The translations under genes and the position numbers were made by a program. Positions 1-13,885 of a stretch of 64,000 bases of DNA are shown here, piece after piece; the stretch's first letter is position 1, and each line of letters starts with the position of its first letter. Origin of the DNA: Octopus sinensis (lineage: Eukaryota); NCBI RefSeq assembly GCF_006345805.1, contig NC_042999.1:151342001-151406000 (forward strand), read 5' to 3'. A model generated the notes under the pieces. The model saw only the letters and a program-made list of their open reading frames with translations, did not search any database and was not told the origin of the DNA.

Positions 1-44
1 TGACTCTCCTCAGACACAACAATATATATATATATATATATATA

Positions 45-254
45 CCATGTGATCTCTTGAGCACCACCAGCTCAAATATTTTTCCTCTGTCTTCCTTCTT
101 TGGGATCTTTCCTCTTGTTGTTTCCGACGAGAGCTCCGCTCGAAACGTTAAACCTCCTTCCCTTCTTTCCTGAGCGTCAATAATACTTTAATTGTTCCAC
201 GTCCTGCGTTGGTGTGTTTTTTTTTCTTTTTTTCTGTGTTTTCTCTTGTTTGAT

Positions 255-258
<4 letters not shown>
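45..258 (+). mobile_element. Penelope-like terminal repeat (pLTR) remnant between (TA)n tracts
   Basis: Pyrimidine-rich unit carrying the hammerhead motif, flanked by (TA)n at about 23-44 and 258-306. Confidence 0.6.
120..153 (+). ncRNA. Minimal type-I hammerhead ribozyme motif (U4C variant) in a PLE terminal repeat
   Basis: GTTT-CCGACGA-GAGC(TCC)GCTC-GAA-ACGT-T-AAAC: stem I GTTT/AAAC, stem II GAGC/GCTC, palindromic stem III ACGT. Confidence 0.7.
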
Positions 259-308
<50 letters not shown>

Positions 309-2352
309 CGCAAATTAAATGCTGGATTCAATTTCTTCAAAGTAATGGTTCGGGACTACTTAATAACAAAACGGTGTAGGATTAGATGATGTTGGTAATT
401 TGATTGCAGATTCGACTGTTAATTTTGATCGGTGGTTTGATTACTGAGTTGAGAATTTGAATAATTTAGAAACCGGAAGGGGCTGAATTAGAGTGCTAAA
501 TATTAAGTTCGCATTCTGTAGAAACAAATCACCACTATGAGCACAGCCTATTATTGCATGCAATAAGCTCCTTCCTTTACCAGCCTTCCCAATAGCCTAT
601 GCAATCATCTGCAAACGTCCAGACACATTCAAAGCACTCACTGAAAAACATTACAACACCATTCCAAGAATTCTATTTCTCGCACTCTGTTCCCACAAAC
701 ATAAAAATTTATACAGGCATTAAAATAACTTCTGTTAGTCGATGACCTAAAGAGGAACTGTGTGCACGGTCACCCTTCTCGTTGGAAATGAACGCTGAAT
801 GTTCCTCTAATAACAAACTACTTCTTAAAAAGGATGTGTTGATTGATGTGGCCATGACTTCATTGTGCTCAGCCATGGAGCCATTGTATTCACGATGAAG
901 AGGTAATGGTCACAGCACTAAGGGATTTTATTTTTTTACGTGGCTTGGTCGGAAAAGGAAATGTCAGAACTCATGAGCCATCTCTGGGCCTCCAAGACTG
1001 ACAGGAGGGAGAAAAGTTGTCCTTAAAAAGGAGACCTGGCCCAAATGCTGGGAACAGAGTGATCCTCGCTAAAAGTACCCAAGGACACGTAAAGCGGGAG
1101 TGGAAACAGAATAAGGCGGTGGTTTACATCTATTGTTCAAGGAAAGGAACGGTTTCCACGCAGTTTCCATCAACCAAATTCCGCTCTTTGGTTGACTCGA
1201 TACTACGCTATAAGACACTCAACTAGAGAGTAACATAATGGGATAGGATCCCCACCAAATCAACATAACTGTGAATCAGGCGTATTAATCACTCAGCCAT
1301 GCAAACACCTTGGTCTGCTCAATCAAGATTGATTTAAAATAAAGACAAAACAGCAACAACTAAATTATGTGTGTGCGCACGCGTGCGCGCGCACGTGCAC
1401 GCACGATGAAGAAAATAAACTAAGGGGAATAACTCGAAGTGGCCAGTGTCATGCATTTCAACAACAATGATAGATAATGGTATATTAAATACCATACAAG
1501 ATATATTCTTCGTGTATTGAAATTATCTCAGATCCAAGTGATGGAAGAACAATCGCTTGATGGCAGTTTGGACCAATTCTAAACGAGAAGTGAAATAACC
1601 TCAAGAACCAAGTATTCTCCAAAATTGAAATGCCATTAAGGAAATTGTTTGGAGACAAGAGGACAGCTGTGGAAACGTGTTTCTGTTTCTACGGGCGTCG
1701 TCAGTACAGTTGTTGCCCTGCCTTGTCTCCAGCAGAACGAGATACTTAAAGATATACAAAAAATAGTAGAACAGTGTTAAGTCTAGATAACGAAACATTA
1801 TGTAAATGAAATAACTCAGAGTGAACTGTAGCATATATTTTAACACGAAATGTATATAAAAATATATTAAATACTATACGAGACAAATTTATTGATTTAT
1901 TAAAATTATTTCCATTTCCAGGGATAGTATAACAATCGCTTGGTGGCAACTGAAATCAACACTAAATGAGGGAGAAAGATAGCCTCAAGAACCAAGAATT
2001 CCTCAAACTCGACATGCCACTCAAAGCTAATATATTCTCTCACAGTCAGGTCATTCAAGGGTCTAGTAGTTACGCTGATGAAGTCTAATAAGACCAAAAC
2101 ATGTCCGGAGCTATCATCATAATTTCCAAAGATCAGACTCACTCTTCACTGCATGTTCCCATTTAATTTTTAATGAATTTATATTTCACAGTTCTCTTCC
2201 TTGCTTTTCTTCACAATAATTGTCATTAATTTAAATTATTTTTTTCTCCTCATTGCAAGTGTAAATTCAATTGATTAAAAAATTTCGACTAACACACAGA
2301 CACACACACACACACACACCATATATATATATAATATATATATATAATATAT

Positions 2353-2397
<45 letters not shown>

Positions 2398-3508
2398 TAT
2401 ACACTATATAAATACATATGCACACATATACACATGGGTGTGTACACACACACACACACACACACACACACCCACACACATATATATATATATATATATG
2501 CGCGTGCATATCATAATAGATATAAATGTATAATAGATATAAATGCTTACATGCATGTGTGCATGTCTGTATATACGTATGTGTAAACCTATCTATAGTC
2601 ATAGGGTGCGAGAGAGAAAGAGAGAGGCGAGAAGAGATATATAGATAACTATATGAATAAAAACTACGATTATTCAGTTGTCAAACGAATGTGCTCTCTT
2701 CATACACGGAATCACTATAAAGAAAAAAACACTACATATACACCAAAGGCAACAAATGACCAACTTAAAAATATAATACGGTGTGACCCACAGTAATAAC
2801 ATCGCCAGTGTAGCGAGAAACTTCCACTCTCTGATCAAAAACGATTTTCTCAGCTCCTGCAAGTTTCACAAACTTTTTGACAAAAACTATATAAAAGTGA
2901 GCCACAGTTGCTTTCAAAATATGTGTAGCGTTACTAAAAGCTATAACGCAAAATATTTTACCTATACAATTGTAGAATTATCGATCTCTTTCCTTTGAAA
3001 ATGAAATGCTTGGAGGCTTACTCCACCAAATCGTACTGACGTCATCAAGAAGACACATAGACAAATTATATAAGATTCATAGTGCATTCATTCAAAATTA
3101 CTTGAACCAACACTGCCATTTGGAAAACAATACACTTCTCTCAAAGTGTATTTGGAGATATACAAATAAATGAGACGCTGATTTTAACAAAGGTGCAAAG
3201 CTACATATTTTAAGAGAAGATGCTGTTAACTTGATCGGCCTTGCTACTTCAGTGGTTGTTTATTTAATCAACATCCTCCAAAAGGTATAAAAAAAATAAA
3301 ACTAACTAAAGAGGGATTTGAACTTAGAATATAGAACAGAAAAGCATTTTGTACAGAGCTTTTAACAATTTTGCTATTACTGCCCCAACTATTTCTGAAA
3401 GAGCATCAATGTTTAGAATCAGGTCAAGGCACTACGTTAGGCTTCCTGTTATACAGAATTAAAAAAAAAAACTTTACATTATCCAGTTCTAAACAAAATA
3501 TAAATGAA

Positions 3509-3565
3509 TTAATTACATTCTGCTGCCATCTGCCTAAACTGCACATAAATTTCCAGAAGTTTTGC
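3509..3565 (-). CDS. DNALI1: Tentative DNALI1 terminal coding exon (18 aa + stop)
   Basis: Phase-0 acceptor catatatcag|[18 protein letters not shown]. It keeps the A-x-L-x-x-I pattern of the usual AQLEGI tail, and AATAAA lies on the minus strand at 3260-3265. No better candidate was seen between 1 and 12700, but similarity is weak. Confidence 0.45.
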   Translation of the reverse strand, partial: AKLLEIYVQFRQMAAECN

Positions 3566-3834
3566 CTGATATATGTGATATGATGAACAGCACTTGACGT
3601 CATGAACCATGTCACCAGTTGATGGCATCTGGTATTTTTCATAACTTTTAAACGCTATCTGTTATTTTTCTAATTTAACGCTGAGTACAGTTGACCAGAT
3701 ATTAATTATATGTTCACAATCCTAGTTACCAAATATACATACAACAAACACATTCTATACACTGCTAATACATACATACATACAATACATACATACATAC
3801 ATACATACATACATACATACATACATACATACAG

Positions 3835-3928
<94 letters not shown>

Positions 3929-4885
3929 ATATATAAGATATATATATTATATATAACATATATATCTATATATATATATATATATATAGAATATATTATG
4001 TAAGATCCAGGGATCGAGGTTTAGGAAGAAAGTTAGCTTCAAGCAATCCGTGCCTTAAATTATAAGGCACTAAAAGAGAATGACTATCCCCAGACTCAAC
4101 AGAATATTCTTCAACACACGAAATCACCTAAAGAATCTTGCATACCAAATCCAGAAAAACGAAATATATATATATATATATATATATTAGAAGAAATGAG
4201 GTACTCAGAAATCTGGATGGTTTTATATTTACAGATATTTATTAATATGTCACATGTTTTTATAAATCATATATTAGCGCTTGCGTCCACTCTAGTAGGG
4301 GTGGAGAGAGAGATATAAGATAGTACAAGAGTGTGAGAAATGGGGAGAAAGTGAGACATACACTCTTTATCACTTTCTCCCCATTCCTCCCCTCTCTGTA
4401 CTATCTTATATCTCTCTCCACCCCTACACTCAAATATACTATAAAATGAGACAAAATTCCTGAAAAAGTTCAATCTGACAACTCCACTAGAGTGGACGCA
4501 AGCGCTAATATATGATTTATAAAAGTATGTGACATATTAATAAATATCTGTAAATATAAAACCATCCAGATTTCTGAGTACCTCATTTCTTCTAATATAT
4601 AATACCTGTACATCATCTCCAAACCTTCTAATATATATATATATATATATATAATAATAAATATTAGGGAATAAATCCAAATTTACAGGGAAAAAATCAG
4701 ATTTAGGATTAAATCCAATTTTATAGTAAAATATTATAAAATATTATTAAAGACAAAACCACTATTTTGCAAAACAAACAAGGAAAGACTAATCAATACA
4801 TAAAATTTTAACTATTATTAAAATTTTATGTATTGATTAAGTCTTTCCTTGTTTGTTTTGCAAAATAGTGGTTTTGTCTCTAATA

Positions 4886-4917
<32 letters not shown>

Positions 4918-6689
4918 CAAGAAAGTAATGTGAGCCTCTGTGTTTTATATAAATCATATGTGCTTGCATGTAAGAGACGTTCATGAGTAAGACATGCAAG
5001 AGTGTGTACGTCTGAATGTGCGCATGCACACGCATGTGCGTGTGTATGTGTGTGTGTGTGTGCACGCATCAGAATTAAAACCAGAATTAGTATATCATCA
5101 TCATCATCATTTAGCGTCCGTTTTCCATGCTAGCATGGGTTAAGTACAGATATATTTTAAATGAGAAAAAAATGCGAAGAACAATGACCAACTTTAACAA
5201 AATGTAATAATCATCTGTGTTTTGTGAGTTAATTTGGTAGGCGGAAACTATGGGAAAGCCTGTCATTTAGATATAAGTGTTTGCACATGTGTATGCGTGT
5301 GCTGCTGTATGTGTGTGTGTTTTTTTTTCGTGTTTGTGCTGTGTTTGTCCCCCACCACTGCTTGACAACCGTTGTTGGTTTGTTTATGCCCCTGTAACTT
5401 AGCAGTTCTGCAAACGAGATACTCTCTTTACTCTTTTACTTGTTTCAGTCATTTGACTGCGGCCATGCTGGAGCACCACCTTTAGTCGAGCAAATCGACC
5501 CCGGGACTTATTCTTTGTAAGCCCAGTACTTATTCTATCGGTCTCTTTTGCCGAACCGCTAAGTGACGGGGACGTAAACACACCAGCGTCGGTTGTCAAG
5601 CAATGCTAGAGGGACAAACACAGACACACAAACATATACACACACATACATATATATACATACATATATACGACAGGCTTCTTTCAGTTTCTGTCTACCA
5701 AATCCACTCACAAGGCTTTGGTCGGCCCGAGGCTATAGCAGAAGACACTTGCCCAAGATGCCACGCAGTGGGACTGAACCCGGAACCATGTGGTTGGTTA
5801 GCAAGCTACTTACCACACAGCCACTCCTGCGCCTGAGATCCATAAATTAAGTACCAAACGAAGAAAAGGCAAACATGAAATCTGGGGTTGATTTGTTTAA
5901 CTAAACCAGAGGTTCTCAACCAGGTTTCATATGACCAAAGGTGCACGTAAAAAGCACCAAGTGCACTGTAAAGTGGTTGGCATTTGGAAGGGCATCCATC
6001 TGTAGAGAACCACGCTAAATCAGACTGGAGTCTGGTGCAGCTCTCCAGCTTACAAGTTCCAGTCAAACTGTTCAACCCATGCCAGCATGGACATTGAACT
6101 CTAAATGAGGATGATGATAATGTTGATGATGATGATGATTACAATGATGATGACGATGATGATGATGAGGATGATGATGATGATTATGACGATGATGATA
6201 ATGATGATGATGATAATGATGAGGATGATGATAATGGTGAGGACGATGATGATGATGAGGATGAGGATGATGATGATGAGGATGATGATGATGAGGACGA
6301 TGATGATGATGAAGATGATGATGATGATGATGAGGATGATGATGATGATGATGAGGATGATGATGATGATAATGATGATGCGGATGATGATGAGGATGAT
6401 GATAATGATGATGATGATAGATTGAATAACGTACTTTCTTGGTACATTAAAACCAATTAAAAAGATTGGATGATCACAACTGAAATGACTGAGTATATTT
6501 TCATTCAAGCAGAGCTGACCTTGGGTTAAACAACAACAACAACAACAAGATTAAAATATGCAAATTAGGGTTGAACCGATTTCAGAGATAGTGGAGAACT
6601 CTATTTTCATTGTGAACTCTAATCAAAGGAATCAAACACAAATGCAGTCAGTCAATACATAAACGCATATATAGATACAGTGTGGACGT

Positions 6690-6737
<48 letters not shown>

Positions 6738-8899
6738 ATACACACACACACATACATGAACCCACATACATACAAAATGGATATTCTGAGTTCATACAAT
6801 ATGGATGCACGTACAAAAACATATACACGCACAAACACACACACACTTCCTCTCTGTCTACCTGCCTGTCTGTCTGTTCTCTCTCTCTCCCTCTCTCTCA
6901 GACACACACACACATACACACACACACACACATACACACACATACATAACACACAACACACACACACACACACACACACGTGCATACACATTCAGGCAAA
7001 TGAAATATATTCATATGCTTTACACATATAGATGTTCACATAATGCTGATGCATAATGTTTTTACAATATGGACGGACACACATTTGTATACTGAGTACA
7101 CACACATTCATACAATACACACACACACCACACACTCACACAAATACGTGTGCGCACACGAGCACACTTTCTTACCATGTGTACACACACACACACACAT
7201 ACATACTATGTGGACACATACATACATTCACCAAATTGTGTATATACATTTCCTACAGTGTGCATACATGCATACCCATTCATTCATGTGTATGTGGCCA
7301 CACACACACACACAAGCACACTTTCTTATCATGGGTACACACACACACTCATACATACATTCATACATACATACATTCATACATACATACATACATACAT
7401 ACATACATACATACATACATACATACATACATACATACTTCATACATACATACATACATAAATTCATACATACAATACATACATACATACATTCATACAT
7501 TATACATACATACATACATACATACATACATACATACATACATTCATACATACATACATACATACAAATCATACATTCATACATTCATACATACACATTA
7601 CATACATACATACATTCATACATTCATACATACATACCATAAATACATTCATATATACATTCATACAGCATACATACATACATACATACATACATACATA
7701 CATACATACATACATACATACATACATTCATACATACATACATACATTCATACATTCATACATACATACATACATACATACATACATTCATATATACATT
7801 CATACATAGATACATACATATGTACATACTATGTAGACACATACATTCACAAATTGCGTATATACATTTCCTACAGTGTGCAGACACGCATACACATTCA
7901 TTCACGTGTATGTGGCCACACACACACACATTCTTATAATAATAACACACTGGTCAATACAATGCCGGCGCAAGCACATTCATATTATGCCTGCACATGC
8001 ACACGCATTATGTAAATATACTCACACAACCTTCTACAGTATGTATACACAGACACATACTTACACACATGCACACATTTATACAAATATATACACTGCA
8101 GTGAATACACATGTAATTCATATAATGTAGACACTCTCATGCATACACACACACACACACATACACACAAACACTCTCATGCACACACACATACACACAA
8201 ACACTCTCATGCACACACACACACAAACACTCTCATGCACACACACACACACAAACACTCTCATGCACACACACACACACACAACACTCTCATGCACACA
8301 CACACACAAACACTCTCATACACACACACACACACACACAAACTCTCTCATGCACACACACACACACACTCTCATGCACACACACACACACAAACTCTCT
8401 CATGCACACACACAAACACTCTCATGCACACAGACACACACACACACACAAACACTCTCATGCACACACACACACACACACACCAAACACTCTCATACAC
8501 ACACACACACACACACAAACTCTCTCATGCACACACACACACACTCTCATGCACACACACACACACAAACTCTCTCATGCACACACACAAACACTCTCAT
8601 GCACACAGACACACACACACACAAACACTCTCATGCACACACACAACACACTCTCATGCACACAGACACACACACACACACAAACACTCTCATGCACACA
8701 CACACACAAACACTCTCATGCACACACACACACAAACACTCTCATGCACACAGACACACACCACACACACAACACACACACCACACACAAACACTCTCAT
8801 ACACACACACAAACACTCTCATGCGCACACACACACACACACACATGCACACACACACAAACACTCTCATGCACACACACACACACACAAACACTCTCA

Positions 8900-8930
<31 letters not shown>

Positions 8931-8966
8931 TCTCATGCAAACACACACACACACACACATTCTCAT

Positions 8967-9026
<60 letters not shown>

Positions 9027-12000
9027 GCAGCTGGCCATTTACATTGTGACACGTTAAATGGCTGTTTGTTATTTATTGATGTGTTACAGCACAGCACAAC
9101 CTTGACACATCTGTACACAGACAAATGCTATTATAAACATTACAGAAAGATGTAATTCCCACACCAACAAACATTACAGTAATCTGTTATTTTAGATTAA
9201 CACTGTGAAGGAGCATGGCCTAGTGGTTAGTGGGGTTGGCCTCGTGGCAGTAAGGTTGTGGTTTCATTTCCTAGACCCGGTAGCATGCTGTGCAGTGCAA
9301 TTTACTTCATGCTACTACAGTCTAGTCCGCTAAGAACTTGTACTAATTGAGTGCTGGTGAAATTCTTTTTCACCCTACCCTCCTAGTTCTTCCATTTTCT
9401 TTCTCTATCTCTCTCTTTTTTCCAGTTGTCCCATTTTCTCTCTCCATTTGTCCTATCCTGGATATGTTGGTGTTTCAAGGATTGAAGAGCCAAGAAGGTG
9501 TCTATAGCAGTTCATGATTACATAGACACTGGCTCCTGTGCCGATGGTATGTAAAAAGCACTATTCAAGTATGGTCATTGCCAGTGCCACCTAACTGGCA
9601 CCCGTGCCAGTGGCATGTAAAAAGCACCATTCAAGTATGGTCGATGCCAGTAATGCATGACTGGTCCTCATACTGGTGGCACATAAAAAGGACCCACTAT
9701 ACTCTTGGAGTGGTTGGTGTTAGAAATGGCATCCAGCTGTAGAAACCTTGCCAGATCATATTGGAGCCTGGTACAGCCTTCTGACTTGCCAGTCCTTAGT
9801 CAAGCTGTCCAGCATGGAAAGCGGATGTTAAACGACGATGATGATGATGTAAAACAATTAGTGAAAGTATTGTTCATGTTACTAAGCTATACTTGCTAGT
9901 GAATGCTTTGTTTGTGAGGCTTATTATTACTGGTTGAGTGTCAAAACCTGCTGGAATTCTACACACCTTTCCATGATATTTCTAAACAGGAAAATTTGCT
10001 CAGTGCAGAGTAGTTGGAATAATAAAAAATCACAGTTTATACTGTTTTGAATCCTGCTGCAGAAAACTTTTCCTTGTGGTGGGGGGAAATGTACATCCTC
10101 CCATTTGTTACAGTCTGCTAGGTTTTGGAAGTATCATGATGACCCATCTTCTCCAACCAGTCAGAGCTTACTGTAGCTGACAGCTGTTAATCAGAATTTT
10201 TTAGCTATGCTATTGCGTCTGCTTAAAGAGATCAGATGAAATTTGGTTCTTATCCAGCGGCTTTGTAGCTCTTTATTTTCTTTGATGTTTGTTTTATTTC
10301 TTCTTTGAAATGCATCAGTTCTTATTTGCAGTAATTCGGCTGGTAATACTGGGTTCAAAGTGTGACTAGATCTGGCTTACACCAATCATCTGAGTTGCAA
10401 GAATTAACACGCTCAAAGAACAAGCAAGACCAATCAAGCTCAGAATTAGCTGCTGAAAGACTACAGTGATGCAGGTTAATGCCACAACCCAAGTTACCAT
10501 TTTCTTCAGACAGGAGATTGTAGAAGATCTGGACAATTTCTTCTACCTGTGCAGTATGATCAGAAAAGATGGAAGCATAGAAAGTGATGCGAACAGTAGA
10601 ATTGGTAAAGACTTGTTCCAATATAAGCACCAAATCTGGATAACAATAAGCATCCATACTGATATGAAGATCCACCTATGATCTCTTGTCACCCACAGCC
10701 CCCTTCAGCTGGTTTCTGCTGCCAAGCCTATCTCCTTGGTGGCTTTCTTCCATTGTTTGGTTTCTAGACCAATCTTCTATCAGAAATAGCACACCAATCA
10801 TGCAGGAAGCTGCAGCAGCCTACTTCAATAGGGTGTGAAGTCACACACCATCCTTTCACAAGGGTCTTCTCAAACAAATCCTGATATCTCATTTTGTTTA
10901 ACTGGTAAGAAATGTTGAGCCTATCCTCTCAAGGAACTCTAAGTTCAACCATGAAGATTGGTTTTGCACTCCTGAAGAGCCAGAACATAGCTGATTGGAG
11001 TGATGTTACTGCTACCTCTGGGAAGATGCATCTGTCTATCAGGACCACTTGAATCTCTCAATCAGAAGCTGAATATAAACTAGAAAATGGGCCCCCTGCA
11101 CATATACATACATACACGTGTGTGTGTATGCATGCATGTGTGTGTGTGTGTGTGCATGCAGGTGCAATCCAACATGTGCAACTGTCAATTCAAACATGTT
11201 TTTCTCTCTCCATCTATTTTCTCTTCTTATACTTTTCTGTAGAAGAGAGTAGGCTTGAAATGTCAAAGACTCATCCAGTTTTCCTGAGCAACAAACCAAT
11301 ACACTTCATTTATTTTTCCCTCCCACACTTGCCTCTACATTTGGCTTTTTGCTTTTTTTGTACAATTTTGAACCATATATATCATCATCATCGTTGTCAT
11401 CGGTTAATGTCCGCTTTCCATGCTGGCATGGGTTGGACGGTTTGACTGAGGATTGGCAAGCCAGCAAGCTGCACCAGGCTCCAATCTGATCTGGCAATGT
11501 TTCTACAGCTAGACGCCCTTCCTAATGCTAACAACTCCAAGAGTGTAGTAGGTGCTTTTTACATGCCACCGGCATAAGGCCAATCAGGTGGTACTGGCAC
11601 CAACCATGCTTGAATGGTGCTTTTTACGTGCCATCAATATGGGAGCCAGTCAAGTGGCACCGGCAACGACCATGCTCAAATGGTGCTTTTTACATGCCAC
11701 TGGCACAGGACCAGTCAGCCGGCACTGACATCAACCATGCTCAAATGGTACTTTTTACACACACACACACACACACAAACATTATTAACATGAACTTTAA
11801 ATTCAACTAAATACTTTATAAACATGAATAGAACAGATGTGAATAGATCCATGGAGCTCAAACTAAGTATCTGAAATTTTTGGGGTGGGGAGAGATAAAT
11901 TAATGACATCAACTCCAGTGCTCAACTGGTACTTATTTTATCAACCCCAAAAGAATGAGAGACCAAGTCAACCTCAGCGGAATTCCAACTCACAATCTAA

Positions 12001-12663
12001 AGACATGAAATGCCACTAAGCTATTTTGTGCAGCGTGCAACCAATCCTGTAAGCTTGCTGCTTAAATTCCTACACTAATATTAATAACATATGACAAAGA
12101 AATATTTAGACTTTCTGTTATGAATTTGAAATTAAATTAAACCTAACACATCATAAACACATATCTGAAATAGCAAATTATGCACAGAACTGCCCGTGGG
12201 ACCCGGATCATGCATGACTTGTAATCTACAGAGACAGAACATTTACATTCTCCATTCCGCATGGCAAATAAACTTTACCAATCTTTCAAATTCTATATTG
12301 ATTGGTTCCTCCCCCCCCCCCCAACACAAACCATTATCAGTTTCCTTGGTAACCGAATTGTACATTGTTTTAATACTATATGAGTGAAATGACGTTTTAT
12401 GGCTGGATTTAGAAGGTTTTTTTTTTATACCAAGAAATGGTCAGCATTTTGGTAGCTTAGTGAACAGGTTGTTAAAATTTTGACAGCTCACCACTACATA
12501 GCTATATCTTTACACATGTATGCACACACAAACACATACATATATATACCTGAAAACATGCATACACATGTGTGCACACACATAGTCACATATTTACACA
12601 CACACATATGCATATTCTCTATGTTAACATTCATTTAACTCTGTATGTGTGTGTGTGTGTGCA

Positions 12664-12701
<38 letters not shown>

Positions 12702-13836
12702 CCAAAACCTACCTTCAGCTGTGCAATGGTTCTCTTTAGGAAGTTTGATTCGTCTGCATGTTTCTTTTCTTCGACCATTCTCTGTTCGGCTGCTCTCTTC
12801 TCGATCTGCTCACATTTAGCCTTCAGTTCATTCACTTGCCGTTCCAACTCTCTTTTTTCCAATTCAAGGGTTTCGATCTATGGAAAAAATGAAGTTAACA
12901 ACATGTATTTGTACATCTGTACAAGGTTTTTTTCTAACATCGTTTTATAGTTGTGTGACTAATTACAGTAATTAATGAGCTGGATGTTATAGCATTCAGT
13001 CAGTTGCTGAGGTGGCACTCGGGGGACCACTATATCATCATCATCATCACCATTATCATCATTGTCATCATCATTTCAATCAATGAGAGAAGAGAAAAAG
13101 GGGAGAGAAAGAGAGAAAAAAAGAAACAAGAAATATATATATAAAGATAGGAAAAAAGAGAGAGAAGAGAAAGTTAACAAAGAGAGAAAATGATAAAGAG
13201 AGAAATGTAGGAAGAGTGAGGAAAAGAAAAGAAAACAGAGTCATCATCATCGTCATCATTTAATGTCTGCCTTCCATGGTAGTATGGGTTAAAAGAAATA
13301 AGAAAAACTGAATGACAATGGTAAGTTCCTTGTCACATATACATACATACATATGTACAGAGCTGGATTAAAAGCCATAGAGGCCCTGAGCACTTAAAAG
13401 ATTTTGGTGTCCCCATATATATGGATTTCAAAATATAAATTGTAATGAACCATAAAATAAATTTGTATTTTTCAAAATAAATGAAAACTAGTGGTGAGAT
13501 AGAAAATAATGTTTATTTTTGTATATTTCCATTTTATTCATATTTCAAAAGTTTCCTACCGCTTTTTTTAATTGCAGTCTTTGATCAGTTCCTGAAAATT
13601 AATCCCACATAACACATCTGCTTCTATACTGTTATCAGTTTCATATATATATGTATGTGTAAGGGCATCTAGCCATAGAAACCATGCCAAATCAGACAGG
13701 GACCTAATGCAGCCCTCCAGCTTACCAGTTCCAGTCAAACCAACTAACCCATGCCAGCATGGAAAGCAGATGTTAAATGATGATGACGACGTATGTATGT
13801 ATGTATGTATGTATGTATGCATCTATCTATCTATCT

Positions 13837-13885
<49 letters not shown>

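Noticed and set aside
436-480. Possible decayed hammerhead (TTGATTA...GAAACCGGA)
   Set aside because: Core, cleavage triplet and stem I are all broken.
2674-2862. Hydrophobic 62-aa ORF resembling a small membrane protein
   Set aside because: Starts at TTG, has no recognisable family, and lies in AT-rich sequence probably downstream of DNALI1.
3037-3602. Two perfect CRE palindromes TGACGTCA (3037, 3595)
   Set aside because: No TSS or first exon can be linked to them, so they cannot be distinguished from chance.
6101-9155. Long ORFs (poly-M, poly-I, poly-S; HT/THTH repeats up to 338 aa)
   Set aside because: Translations of (GAT)n, (CA)n and (CATA)n repeats; open in several frames, with no splice context.
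10670-10717. Minus-strand [12 protein letters not shown] as a DNALI1 last exon
   Set aside because: The acceptor is out of phase, and the sequence belongs to the RLE-LINE fragment.
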